Shown here piece after piece: positions 40,301 through 53,409 of a stretch of DNA of 64,000 nt; the first letter of the stretch is position 1; the number at the start of each line of letters is the position of its first letter. The notes beneath the pieces are model-generated. The model was not told the origin of the DNA. It saw only the letters and a program-made list of their open reading frames with translations, and did no database searches. The position numbers were made by a program, and so were the translations under genes. Source of the DNA: Lama guanicoe (lineage: Eukaryota); NCBI GenBank assembly GCA_013239625.1, contig MU054098.1, positions 1,613,104 to 1,677,103 of the forward strand, read 5' to 3'.

Positions 40301-41662
40301 TTAAGACAAATGTCCTGTCAAGGAGTTAGAATATTTGAAATTGTAACTGCCTCTGAAAATCCAAGTCTATGAGGAATAAAGGGCAAGTATTATTTTCCCT
40401 ATTTGTCAGATAGAAAATGGAAGTCTAGAAAGATTTAGTGAAGGAAGCCTGGGAAAACAGACCCCAGGTGACAGAGCCCACATGTCCTTTCTCTGAGACT
40501 GGTGTTCTTTTAACTGTTATGTTCAGTCTCTGCCTCCTCTGAACAGGCCTTGAACACCACATGGCTAATGAACTTCCCAGTCACATCTCTCCTTCAAATA
40601 TTCATTAAAATTCCTAAATCAAAATGCATAATTATATTATAGAAATAATTAACATTATGTGGAAAAAATCATTACACTAAAAGTTTCAATCAGCAGTACT
40701 TGTGCCTCAGATAAACTTCATGAGCTGTGATATTGCCACAGCACAAAGATACATTAAAAGTTGACACAAAAGAAAAAGTTGATGTAAAATCCACTTGAAT
40801 AGGAAAAAATTGTGAATGGATGTTTTAATACAGCAATGTATTACTTCCATCATTGTTGCACATACTTTGATAACCTGAATTAACTGTGTAGCTTCTAACT
40901 TTTTAAAAATCTGACTTGCCTAGTTTCACTTGACAAAATTTCTTGCAGCATGATAAACATCACTACTTAATCTTATTCTGACATTTGAAGAAACACACAT
41001 TCTATGTGCAAGCAGCATGCAACTGTAATGTCATCTTTGAAAATTACCTTGTTACCTAGGCAGGAGAGTATCACATAAAAAAAAAAAGGGAGTGTTCTTG
41101 AGCAAAAGCAGTGCTAATCAACTCAGCATATTTAACAGGACTGAGCTACTAAGAGTTGACAGGGACTCAAATGGTCAACAAATCCAGATGGTCATTTATT
41201 AATACTTTGAGCATGTGTATGCCTTTCTTGAAGTTTATCTGTGATGGTCCAGCAGGATACTCATGTTCAACCTCCTTTGGGACAGTCACAGATTTCTCCA
41301 AGGCAGCTGTGGCTGGGGTCTGGAGTGTCACTTATGGCAGTAGCACAAGGAAAAGCTGACTAAGTAGAGCTTGACTTTATCAACATCTTGTGCCTGTGCT
41401 TACATATTACAGACCCATGGTAATCATCATACCAGTAAAGAAGAAAGAAGACGTCGTCAATTCTCTACACTTTTGTATCACACTTCAGACTGCCAATGGT
41501 AGATGAGCCATTGCCATGGTTACAAAGATAAGCAAGAATCGAATAAAACAGACCTCTGAGATAGAAATATATATAAATCTATCAGGCCTTTCGGTTACCA
41601 CTAATCTAACTATAGACTGAAAAAAGGTGAGAAAATCATCACTAGGACTATCCCTACAAGGC

Positions 41663-41709
41663 AATCCTTCCATGTGTTTAAGTCTAGAAAAATCACTAGA
41701 TTTTTCTAT
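41663..41709 (+). repeat. 47-bp direct repeat, copy 1, containing a perfect 10-bp inverted repeat
   Basis: aatccttccatgtgtttaagtctagaaaaatcactagatttttctat; second copy at 44300-44345. Confidence 0.9.
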
Positions 41710-41744
41710 GTATTTTATTAGACTACATATATAATAAATATCTA

Positions 41745-41930
41745 AATAGATGTACTAAGCTCTGTATGTTTCATATATTTCATCTTATTTAATCTTCATA
41801 ATAATCCTGTGAAATGGGTATGATAATTTTTCCATTCTACAAATGAGGAAACTGGATATAGACAGGTTAAAGGCAAAATAGCCAAGCCACACAGCTACTA
41901 TGTTTTAAAACTGAGATCTTGGCTCATGTT
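41745..41930. mobile_element. MIR
   Basis: atcttatttaatcttcat...ccattctacaaatgaggaaactg. Confidence 0.8.
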
Positions 41931-42409
41931 CTTCTCATGACATCACATTTCAAGGTCAGCTGCAAGTGAAGGGCGGATAGGTCGGGTTCCAATAACAGCA
42001 TTCAGAAGCATCTCTGAATCCAATTTTTTTGTAGAAGCTCATGAGGGCCCCTGAAGCTCAACTGATGTTGAGTGGAATGCCAACTTGAGTCAGTTACAAA
42101 GAAATGAGTTTGGTTTTCCAGCAAAGACAATTAGCATGTCCTTTATCTTTCATATAATTTGGCACCCTCAGGGAAAACTCAAAAGTGGCACTTTTTTTTT
42201 TTTAAGGAGCTGCATTGTTCCCACTAGAGTTCAGCATTCTACATGGAGATTTCTACAACTGCCTTTAGGCCATGAAGCAAGTACAAGGGTGCAGGGGGAA
42301 GGGAGAGCTAAGGAAAGGTTTGTTTGCTCATGTAAAAAGGCATAACGGGGTTATATGCTGAATGTATCCTTACCTCTTCACAGCAAATTATCCCCAGGCC
42401 TTTGATTTA

Positions 42410-42640
42410 AGGCAAAACTCACCCAGCTACAGGCGGGGCCAAATCTCACCAAAGCCTATTTTTGTAAATAAAGTTTTATTGGATCACAGCCACACTTATT
42501 TGGTTGCATATTTGGTGATGTCTATGGCTGCTTTCATGCTACAATGGGAGAGGTGAATAGTTAGGATGGAGAACGTATGTTCTACAAAATCTAAAATATT
42601 TACTGCCTGGATTTTTACAGAAAAATGTTGACAATTTCTG
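42410..42640. mobile_element. MER58A-like hAT-Charlie element
   Basis: gggccaaatc...tttttgtaaataaagttttattgga..cagccac...tgtctatggctgctttcatgctacaatgg...aaaatatttact. Confidence 0.88.
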
Positions 42641-43676
42641 GTTTAAGGAATAAAAGCTCTCTGCCTGTGGATCTCTGTGGGACTGCCTCCTGAAGCCCTC
42701 AGCCTGTAAGTCAGATCTTTCAGGGGTTTCTCTTGGCTACAAGATAAGGAATCTGCTTTGTCTTTGGTTAGGAAGCTCCCTTAATTATCTTAATTTGCCT
42801 AAAGAGCCTTTGCTGAAGGGTACTTAGTGATATTTTTAAGGCACTGAAAAAAAAATACTCTTTTATTTATTTTGCCTCTTATAAATTTTATTTGAACTTT
42901 TAGAATCAAACTTTGCTTTTCTCTTGTTTTTATTATCTTAAATGAGAAATGAGAATAGTTCTGCACAGAGTCCTTTAGCTGGCCTCTTCCTCCCCACTGC
43001 CCCCAAAGAAAAATGATACAACGTTGTCATTACATTCCAGTTTAAATGTAAGATGACATTTCCAAGATTCAAAGAGAAAAGTTGCTCTAGCAAATAGTTC
43101 TTTTTCTAATATCTATTTATCTGCCCACCCAGATATTTAGCACACTCACTCAGATCCACTGGGTACTTTTTCCTCAAGGAAGTTCCACCCTCCCTGGCCT
43201 TTGTGTTACCTCTTCTCACCTTCTGAACCTTTCCTTAGCTCTCCCTTACCCCTGCACGATTGTACCTGCTTCATGGCCTAAAGGCAGTTGTAGAAATCTC
43301 CATGTAGAATGCTGAACTCTAGTGGGAACAATGCAGCTCTTAAGGTAAGAAGCTCAACACTATCTGCACAGAATTGGTTCAGGCTTTTCAGGGTCAAAAC
43401 CAACCAAATCAGCTACAAGAATTAAGAATTGGTCTATGTTTTCTCAATTCTGTGGAAGCCCAAGCCCACTATTATTTTCATAAAATACAGTATTTCTTTT
43501 CATTCCCCTGGTAAATATCTTTCACATAGATAATACATTTGCCGGCCTGTCCTGGTCATTTTCAGCAGCCACAGGCAATTGCTTATCATTCAACAGAGTT
43601 CTACACAATCATTTCAGATGGTTCCCTTTTTTAGGCAGCCTTTTTAAGTAGGCTAGAAACTATATCTGAAATCACT

Positions 43677-43784
43677 GTGCTCGCTTTGGCAGCACATATA
43701 CTAAAATTAGAAAGATACAGAAAAGATTAGCATGGTCTCAGCACAAGGATGACATGCAAATTCACAAAGCGTTCCATAATTTTT
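43677..43784 (+). pseudogene. RNU6: Full-length U6 snRNA retropseudogene (5' part of a U6/L1 chimera)
   Basis: gtgctcgctttggcagcacatatactaaaatt...aagcgttccataattttt; about 13 differences from canonical U6 by eye; ACAGAGA box changed to ACAGAAA. Confidence 0.97.
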
Positions 43785-44065
43785 GGTAACCGGTGGGGAG
43801 GGGATGGGAAGGGATAAATTGGGAGTTGGAGATTTGCAGATACACACTACTACATATAAAACAGATAAACAACAAGTTTATACTGTATAGCACAGGGAAC
43901 TATATTCAATATCTTGTAGTAACCTATAATGAAAAAGAATATGAAAATGAATATATGTATATATATGTATGACTGAACTATTATGCTGTACACCGGAAAT
44001 TGACACAACATTGTAAACTGACTATACTTCAGTAAAAAAATTAATTAAAAAATAAAAAGTAAATA
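43785..44065 (+). mobile_element. L1 3' UTR and A-tail fused to U6
   Basis: Sense copy of the L1 3' UTR seen antisense at 488-740; TSD aaatcact at 43669-43676 and 44066-44073 brackets U6 and L1 together. Confidence 0.95.
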
Positions 44066-44299
44066 AAATCACTGCTTCCAGCTTCTTTAAGAACTTTTAA
44101 GTTAAAGTTTTAGCTCTAGAAAGCATTAGGGGAAGTTACTTAATTTTAGGACCAATTGGATTCTGTGAGAGAAAATAAGTACACTCAAAGTCAGAGTTTC
44201 CAACATTCGTAACTTTTAAAATTCAGCCACATTACCAGTCATCGGATTACAGGCTGAAAAAAAGGATGAAAACCGTATCTAAGAATAGAGCTTAAATGT

Positions 44300-44345
44300 A
44301 ATCCTTCCATGTGTTTAACTCTAGAAAATCACTAGATTTTTCTAT
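44300..44345 (+). repeat. Direct repeat, copy 2
   Basis: aatccttccatgtgtttaactctagaaaatcactagatttttctat (1 substitution and 1 deletion versus copy 1). Confidence 0.9.
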
Positions 44346-45675
44346 ACCTCTTTATAGGACTAAATGAAAGGAAGTCCAGTGGGGGACTAAAAGAATCTGA
44401 AACAGAGTTAGCTTAACTGATCTACTTTATAGCAAAAGAGGGTTTTAAAAGGCTTCTCTCAGAAATTCTGTTATTCTCCTATCATAAAAAAAATAAGTTA
44501 GCTAATGTTGGTGTCTTTTCGAATTCTAAGTATCTTTGTGACAGAGGTGGTCAGCCTTGTAAAATACTCTCTTTACAAAAGATAAAGCTAATTCCCACCC
44601 TAACATCTAACCTACAGAAATCCTAGAGACTCTCAAGAAATAGTGAACTCACTTTGCCTGCATTGAGCTAAAGCATCCCTGGAGAAGCCTCATGGGTACC
44701 AGGAGCCAAATGAATCATGAGACAGCCTATCTATAGCCTGATAAATCCCATCCAACAGCTGGCCTTTTGGAAAACAAGCCACTACTGACTGAGCACCAGA
44801 ATCAATCCAAATAACTACTACCATATTGGCCAGTTTAATACAATTCACCTTTCCTTTTCCTCCAAACCAGTTTCTTAAAAAAACTTGTTGCTCTTCAGGG
44901 AAGCAAAAGGTCTCTTGATTTTCACAGTCTGAATTGTTAAGCAACTACCTACCCATTCTTCTCTGCTTAAGCAACCAGAATCCCATTATTAGCAGCAACT
45001 ATCATGAGTGCTTTTCATTTATGGAAGTAAACCAATGTCTGGGGGTAGCTGTGTTAAAATGATGTACAAACCTAACATTTGTCCTAACATATGCAGAAGA
45101 ACTGCTTTCAGCCCTTTTCTATCAAACCAAATACAAAAATAAACACAAGAGTTTGAGTATACAAGTCTATTTCTATAGCAACTAAGCAATACACAAGTCA
45201 TACAAGATCATAATGCCAAGATAAGAAAGAAAAATGTATAAAGGAATTGAGAAATAAATAGTAATTCTGAAAATGATTAAAAAGAAAACTATAACCACAT
45301 CTCATTTTTTTATGTGTCTACATCTATTTGTTTAAAATCTAAAATATGCAACACAAAAGCCCATTTCAGTGATCAAGTTAATAAAAGACAATCCAATTTT
45401 AAATACTTACACTGATAATCTATATGACAGTATTTAAACTATAACAGCTGTAGCTTAGCGAAATCTGTAAAGAAAGCAGATGAAATTTCTAACATAAGCT
45501 TGATTTTTTACTATTATGGATATGTTTAGTTAATGTGAATGATGTGAATGATAAACTTAAAGAATTTCATATTATCATAACTATAGTGAATGCATCATAA
45601 CTTCATGGACTCTCATACATTCTTGTATCTTAAATATGTGACTCTGGCATGTAAAATAAGTAATCATTTGAGTTA

Positions 45676-45708
45676 TGTGTGTGTGTGTGTGTGTGTGTGT
45701 GCATGTGT
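45676..45708. repeat. (TG)n microsatellite
   Basis: Directly visible. Confidence 0.95.
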
Positions 45709-48032
45709 ACAAAGATGAGTGGCTGGGCCAAATCAAAAAAATCGTAAGGGCTCCATCTTCGAGGGAGAAATATTTTTGGAGTGTGAAAATATGCCATATG
45801 AAAGAGTTAGTGATACATGTCTGAACAGTGCACTAGTGATGAAATCCATATGGACTAGGGTCAACTGAATTTTGAGAGACAGGTAAGATTTGGATAAACA
45901 GACAGGCTGGAATTAGCACTGCTTCTTCAATGGACAATAAGGTCTCTGGGCTAGTGATTTCCTAAATTTTTGCAAACAATCTAATGGAACTAAAAAGATA
46001 GGTATTACTTATTTACAAATGTTAAAAAGAAAAGAATAAAAGATTTGTTTCATAGGCATCCTTCTAATTAGCTTTACGGAGCCTTTGAGGCAGAAAGATT
46101 ACAATCTTCCTTATTTTTTTTCTCTTTTTAAGTAAGTTTAATTCAAGCTCTGACATCCTGATGGTTCTTCTAATGAGAAAAGTGCTTCCACTCATATCAC
46201 AAAAGTCTACCTTAGAGGACACAGCTGGCATTTGTGACTTAATTCTTCAGAGTAATTATGAGCTGAACCTCATTCAAAATCCATTGCAATAGCAAAGCTC
46301 TGACATCAATTTAAAAGGCTGGAAATATAACACAAACTTTTATTGCATTCAGCCATAATTTTGGAGCTATGTTAAGATTATGAATAATTCACTTAGCACC
46401 TTGCATTTTATTTATTCACAATCTAGGAAATAAGTTGTAATACACAGGGCTGAACTTGAGAGTAGGTCTACCTAGTGTAATCCTTGGGTTTACACCATAT
46501 GTAGCTTTTAGAGATGCCACAGATTTCACAAGTTAGAGAAGCAATAAATAATAAATTAAATACATTTGTAAATTTAAATACATTTAAATTTAATAAATCC
46601 TTTATTAAAATATATTGGATTTATACTTACAACATAGAAAATTGCGAAAAGCCATGATTTCTACCTTAACAACGTGAACAATCCAAGTAAGGTGTGAAAT
46701 GATAACTTTTAAATTCATCAGAGAGCTGAGAACACAAATAAAACTAATTGAAATAATCTTCTGAAAGTGACAAGTACTTCCAAGTGGAGAAAAAAAAACA
46801 TAGCTCCTTTTATCCTCAGCAGGCAGGAGGCAGCAGACAGAATCAGACATGGACTGATAAGGAGAATTCAGTAAGAGCTTTTTGAAAATTTAACGACAAA
46901 ATATAGGCAGACATGAAAGACCAGAACGCCTGGCAAAGAGCAACAAACCACAGAGTAAACTTGCAGTCATGCCCTACCCGCCCACCAACTCAATGCCATG
47001 GGCCTTCACTGATAACAAAGCAGTAGTATGCTAAAGCAAGAGCAGAATGCTGAGAGAAACTTTTATGATGTACTCTGGTATTCGCAGAGTGCACAGCACA
47101 GACTGAGATCCCCGATAGTGCTGACTATATGGGAGAGGATTGTAAAGCAAAGGGAACTTCCCATTGACCCAAAGACTGTCAGGACAGATGTAAAGCATTA
47201 AGAGACCTCCAGAGTCACATCCATGCTCAGATTCCCAGCAATTCTGAAGAGAAAAACATAACCCTATCCTGAAAACAATTAAATTCAGTAATCAGCAGAA
47301 TCTAAACAAAACTGAAACAAAGCCAAAATAGTTAAAGCAATCAGATCAAAAGATGGCCAAGGTGTTGTAATTAAGAAAAAGCACCTCTAAAATAAATATT
47401 ATCTTAAAGGATCTTGTGGAAGAGGTAGACAACATGCACTAACAGGGGGAATATCATTAGAAAAATGGGAATGGTAAATGTAAAATAAAACAGAATAATA
47501 AAAACAAGTGGGAATGTTAACAGTGAAAATGACCATATCAGAAATAAAAACTCAGTTTGATGGACCTAACAGTAGGCTGGACACAGCAGAGGAGAATATT
47601 CTTGAATTTGAAGAAAGGCAAAACAAAAGCAAGCCACACTTGAAAAAGAATATAGATTTTATTGAATTAGTACAGGAAAGTTATTAAACAATAACAACAA
47701 AAACAACAAACAGTAATAACAACAAAGCCTGGGGGGTCCACACCCATAGTTGTCACATCATATAATTAAAAATTTATAGTTCTCAATAAGAAAATAACTG
47801 CAATATGCCAAAAAAAAAAGAAAAACCACCAAGAAAGTATGTCCATACATAGGTGGGAAGGCAGCCAACAGAAACTGTTTCTGAGGAAGCCCAGAAGTTT
47901 GACTTAATAGATTGAGACTTTAAGTGAGGTATATATGCTCAAAGAGTTAAAGAGAATTATGCTTACATAATTAAAGTAATGTATGTGAATAATGTCTCAC
48001 CAAATACAAAATATCAATAGAGATAAGGATTT

Positions 48033-48133
48033 TTTCATAGTTGTATATATACATCTATCAAAATTCATCAAACTGTACATCTGAAATATGTGTAGTTTAC
48101 TGTACAGAAATTATCACAATAAATTTGCTTAAA
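48033..48133 (+). mobile_element. Short L1M-type 3' tail nested in L1 ORF1
   Basis: Close match to 10197-10293; degenerate agagat...tttt flanks. Confidence 0.7.
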
Positions 48134-48216
48134 GAGATGGAATAATTTTTTTTGAAGACAGACATTCTGGAATAAAAAAGTACAATAACAACAATGTAAT
48201 TTTTACTAGAGGGACT

Positions 48217-48562
48217 TTTATTAGTTTTCTGGGGCTGCAATAACAAAATACCAGACTGAGTGGCATAAACAACAGAAATTTACTTTCTTACAGCTCTGGA
48301 AACTGGAAGTCCTAAATCAAGGTGCAAGCAGAGTTGCTCTTCTTGCTGTGACCTCACGTGGACTTTTCTTTGTGTGCATGCATCCCTCGTGCTCTTTCTA
48401 TTCTTATAAAGACATCATATATATTGGATTAGGGTACCTCCTTATGACCTTATTTAATTCTAATTAACTCTTTAAAGACTCTATCTCCAAACACAATCAC
48501 ATTCTAAGCTATTAGGGTTTCAATATATGAATTTTGGAAGAACACAACTCAGTTCATAAGCA
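48217..48562 (-). mobile_element. MLT1A/B-like (ERVL-MaLR) LTR
   Basis: tattagttttct.gggctgc.ataacaaaatacc...aaacaacagaaattta...ggaagtcc.aaatcaaggtg...ctccaaa.aca.tcacattct. Confidence 0.9.
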
Positions 48563-49594
48563 GCTTCAAAAGATAATTTAAGCTGGCTGAAGAAAGAACC
48601 AAGGAGTCTAAAGATAGGTACACTGAGATTATAAAGCATAAAAAAAAGAAAGAAAAATGAACAGAAAAAAAATGAACAGAACGTTAGAGACTAGTGGGAA
48701 ACCATCAAATTGTAGCAATATACACATAAGGGGAGTCCTAGAAACAGAGGAAAGCTACAAACAGGTAGAAAGAATATTTACAGAAATAATAGTTTCAATT
48801 TTTTTAAATTTCCAAATATTAACACATCCAAAAAGCTCAGTGAACTCCAAGTAGGATAAATTCAAGGAGATCTCCACACCAGGACAAATCATAATCACAC
48901 TGTCAAAATCCAAAGACAATGAGAAAATCTTCAGAGTAGCAAGAGAGAATAACTTGGATATTAATAACAGAACAAAATTTGGAAGAATCACAAAATATGT
49001 GAAATTAAACAACACAAATATAAATAACCAATGTGCCAAAGAAGAAAACATAAGGAAAATTATAAAATATTTTGAGATGGAGTGAAATGAAAACACAACA
49101 TACCAAAACTATGGGATTCAGTAAAAGCAGTTCTAAGAAGAAAATTAAAAGTTGTAAATGTCTAAATGTATATATAATATATTTCAAGTCTATAAACTAA
49201 CATTCTACTTAAGAAATTTAAAAAAAGAGCACACTAAGCTCAAAGCAAGAAGAAGGAAGAAAATAGTAAAGATTAAAGCAGAGAAAAAGGAAATAAAGAC
49301 TAGAAAGACAATTGGAAAAATCAACAAAACCAAAATTTGATTATTTAAAAGACCAATGAAATTGACAAAAAATTTAACTAGGCTGACAAATAGAAAAAGA
49401 GAGGAGTCAAATTACTAAAATCAGAAATAAAAGCAGGAACGTTACTTATACTACCAATATTAAAAAAGTAATAAGAATTATAAGAGAATAAAATGGACAA
49501 TTGTACGACAGCAAATTAGTAGCCTAGATGAAAAAGACAAATTCTAAGAGATATATAAACTACCAAAACTGATTCAAGAATAAACAGAAAACTA

Positions 49595-49755
49595 GGGGAG
49601 GGTATAGCTCAAGTGGTAGAGTGCATGCTTAGGATGCACAAGGTCCTGGGTTCAATCCCCACTACTTCCTCCAAATAGAAATAAATAAATAAACCGAATT
49701 ACCTCCTTCTCATAAAACAAACAAAAATTAAATAAATTTAACCTTAAAAAATAAA
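49595..49755 (+). mobile_element. tRNA-Ala-derived SINE (Vic-1-like)
   Basis: ggggagggtatagctcaagtggtagagtgcatgctt...gggttcaatcccc with Pol III A and B boxes, plus an A-rich tail. Confidence 0.92.
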
Positions 49756-50679
49756 AACAAACCTCTAACAAGTAAAAGGATTGAGCCAGTAATCAAACAT
49801 TCCAATGAAGAAAAGCCTAGAACCAGATGGCTTTATTGATGAATTCTACCAAACATTTTAGAAGAACTAATGCCAATACTTGTCAAACTCTCCCAAAAGA
49901 TAGATGAGAAAGGAACTCTTCCTAACCCATAATATGAGACCACTATTATCCTGATACCCAAACCAGCGAAAGACATCACTTGAATAGAAACTATAGACCA
50001 AAATTGTTTATAAACATGCAGACAAAAATAACTGACAAAATACTAGCACACTGAATCCAGCAACGTACTAATAGGATTATATACCCTGATTAATTGGAAT
50101 TTATCACAGGAATGCAATGATAGATCCACATATGAAAATAAATCAATATAATACATTATATTAATAGGATAAAGAAAAACAAATTGTTATCTCACTACAT
50201 ACAGAAAAGAACATCTCACAAAAAACCAATACCCTTTTATGATAAAAAATACTCAATCAAGCTAGAAGTGAATGGGAATTTCATCCTAACAAAGGATATC
50301 TATGAAAAACCCACAGCTAATATTATACTCAATGGTGAAAGATTGAACGCATACCCCGCAACCAGGAACAGCACAAGATGTCTTCTCTCACCACTCTTAT
50401 TCAACATTGTATTGGAAGTTCTTGCCAGGGCAGTTACACAAGAAGAAATACATTAAGTGTCCAGATTGGAAAGGAAGAAGTGAAACTACCTCTATTTGCT
50501 GATTGTGTGATCTATATAAAACTTCTAAATAATTCACACAAAAAAATTAGGAATAATAAACAAGTTCACCAGAACTGCGGGATACAAGATCCCCATGTAA
50601 AATTCAGTTGTATTTCTATATACTAGAAATGAATACTCTGAAAATGAATTAAAAAATAATTTCATTACATTCAAATCAA

Positions 50680-51130
50680 TAAGCCCCTATCTCTTGACAT
50701 TCTTTATATCACAATCCACACTACAGCCAAATATGATAGATTTCAGTTTCTAGAACATGCTATGCACTCTCTTGCGTAGAGATTCTTATACACATTCTCC
50801 TTGCTACATGAAATGTTTTCCATGACCCTTCTTCATCTAACTAGCTTCTTTTTATTCTTTAGGTTTTATCTTAAACATCCCTTCCTCAGGGGTATATTTA
50901 GTTACTCTAGACTAAGAGGTTAAGCCTTTTGGCTGTGTGCTCCCACAGCATCCTGTCATTCCTCTAGTGTTATATTCATTATATTGTAATCACATGTTTA
51001 TTGCCTGTCTCCTCCAATAAGCTACAAATACCGTGAGGTCAGACACAAAATGTCTTGTCCACTGCTTCATCCCCAATGCCTAACACAGTGCGGCACATGG
51101 TAGGTACTGAATGAACAAATGAAGGAATGG
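50680..51130. mobile_element. L2 3' fragment
   Basis: atccccaatgcctaacacagtg.ggcacatggtaggtac...tgaatgaa. Confidence 0.85.
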
Positions 51131-53409
51131 TAGAATTAGGTCAGCCCCAGAAAAAGTCATGTGTCAGCAGTTCATTCATCCAATAAGAATTTCTGATGAA
51201 CAGTAACTGTACACACATTTATTAGCTGATAGCTCAGGGAGTCAGTTTTTTTTATTAAGCAACATTTTTATGTATGATAAGTAGTAGCATAGGTGTTTGT
51301 TTCCCCTAAGCAGTGTCTTCAGTGCCTTGGAACCCAAAGATAAAAGGGCTCTAGAGAAAAGCTCACAAATTGAAAATTCATGTAACATCACATTTCCAAG
51401 CGCCACACATGGTGTGCAGAATGATTATTTTAGTAAACTTGCTAAAATTTCAGGAGTACCCTTGAAGGCTAATTCCTGACAGGTCTCTAAAGGCATTGAG
51501 CCAAGCTGAGGTCAGAGAAAGAGAAGCGGGCCCTCTAGTTTGCCCTTTATCTCCCTGCATGGGGGTAAATCTTTTCCTAGAAATGTCCATGTTAGAAAAA
51601 GCCTCTAAAGCCCATTTCTTTTATGATTAAAAAACCGGAGTGTTTTTCTGGTACTTCTTCTTAGCTACTCAAACTCAAGATTTCTAACTCTATCAGTTGG
51701 ATCTGTGAGGTTTGAGAAGAACATTGCTCACTTCCTATTCATATTAATTCAGTTTCATGTAACTTTGACAAAACCCCAAGAGTTTTCAGTTCAGATTTTA
51801 GGATATACAGAAGGCCTTTGCTGCTTCCCACTTGAAAAAGCACTTATAACAATCGCTCTCACTGGGTTTTGATACAGAAAAAACTATGTATCATAAAGTG
51901 CTGTGGGGAAAAATATTACCATTATTGCCATTCTTTTCCTGTGTAAAAATAAATTCTTACCACAGCTGCAGTGTTTATCCACTAACCTCTGAATCTGTAT
52001 AAATCTGGCATAGACATTTTAATCTGGGTGATCATGTCTAGAATGCTTGCCACCTACTTTATTCCTCCCCTCATGTAAGCAAATTTTCTGATATCCTTTT
52101 GCAGGCACTATAAAGACTATCTGCTTAATGCAATAGCTACATTGTATTAAATTAAAGGTGAATAAAGTAGCCAAAAGCCATATCAAGCAACATTATTACA
52201 GATAGATTTCAGATAATGTACTTTTAACCCTTTTGACATGTTTTACGAAGTCAAAGTTATTCTCAGAATCTGGAAGAACAGAATTAAGTCAGTGCCTCTG
52301 TGTCTGTGACCTACCTTGTTAGAACAAAGTAGGCATGAGATTTAAAGAAGAGGCAAAAGTAACAGAGGAGTTACTCAGTGGATGTTTTAGTCATTTGAAA
52401 AAGCAAGTTAAGCCAAGTTTGAGCAATCTGATTTTTCTATATTCAATATTAAGTTTTATTTCTTTATATTCAAGGACTTCTAGATCAGGCATAGACAAAC
52501 TATCCATAAGAAAGTCACAACAGTGCTTTTTTGCTTGAAAACCCATGCTTTAACTATGTGAGTTTATTGGGATTATGCTTCTGCATATACAGGTTAAGGG
52601 AAATGTCTAAAGTATCACCAGAGTAAAGAGCAAGCAGTAGACGAGAATAAAGAGAACAGAGAGTAAAAGGAGGAAGGAGGCAGAAGGGTGAAAAGACTGA
52701 AAACAGGAAGTAAAGTCAGGGAAGGAGAGAGGAATTAGTGTAATGGAGTAGAGACAAAAAAGGAGACGTTCTGGATCCTTGCTTTTACACTACCTTTAGG
52801 GTCCAGGTTGCAAGAGTACATTATAAGGAAGACCCTCTAATAGTAAGAAAATATCAGAAACTATTCTTTCAGACCCTATGATAGAGTGACAAGTATGGTG
52901 AGCTTCATACTCTGGTACCATGTTGCTTTTTTACTTGTGTGGCAATAAAATTTACAAAAATACCCTGTCACTTATACTGACTCTGCTAGCCATCCTTAAT
53001 TCCCTTTCCTCAACTTTTCACAGTAGGCTCTGGGAACTGATGTTATAGCCTATCCTATGCCCTGTACTCCTAATGGAAAATCACATAGTTAATGATTATG
53101 CAGAGATTATTATTAAAATGTATTACATCCACTACCTGTTTCCAAAGTTATACTACAGCAATATACTGTAACATGTGATGCCAAATTCCAAAGGGATATG
53201 TATCTGAACCACCAGATCAATTTCATAATTTATCTCATTTAAAGTTAAGAATTTACTCACAGCTTATCTGCATCTTAAATTTTCATTAACTTTCTGCAAA
53301 GTGGAGGTGAGGTGGCTAAAGACTGCTAACATTATGCTAAACATCAGAGGTTATGCTCAGTGTTTCCTAGGATGTTCGAAAAATAAATTTTATGTAAAGA
53401 TGTTATACT

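Larger units (their letters stand above)
46640..50670 (+). mobile_element. Composite old L1M (5' region, ORF1 and ORF2 fragments) with nested elements
   Basis: ORF1-like sequence at 48657-48940; ORF2 peptides KDIYEKPTANIILNGERLNAYP...CLLSPLLFNIVLEVLARAV and IGKEEVKLPLFAD; the 5' boundary is uncertain. Confidence 0.88.

Noticed and set aside
41156..41400. Open frames on both strands in a unique block
   Set aside because: No good acceptor/donor pair and no recognisable peptide.
43677..43784. Functional U6 gene
   Set aside because: About 13 differences including the ACAGAGA box, fusion to L1, a TSD, and no recognisable upstream PSE.
44650..44740. Minus-strand donor aaa|gtgagt with upstream AG sites
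   Set aside because: All three frames contain stops, and nothing else supports a non-coding exon.
49595..49665. tRNA-Ala gene (also 29405-29477 and 37285-37350)
   Set aside because: Degenerate stems, shared non-tRNA tails, a TSD on one copy and multiple copies indicate SINEs.
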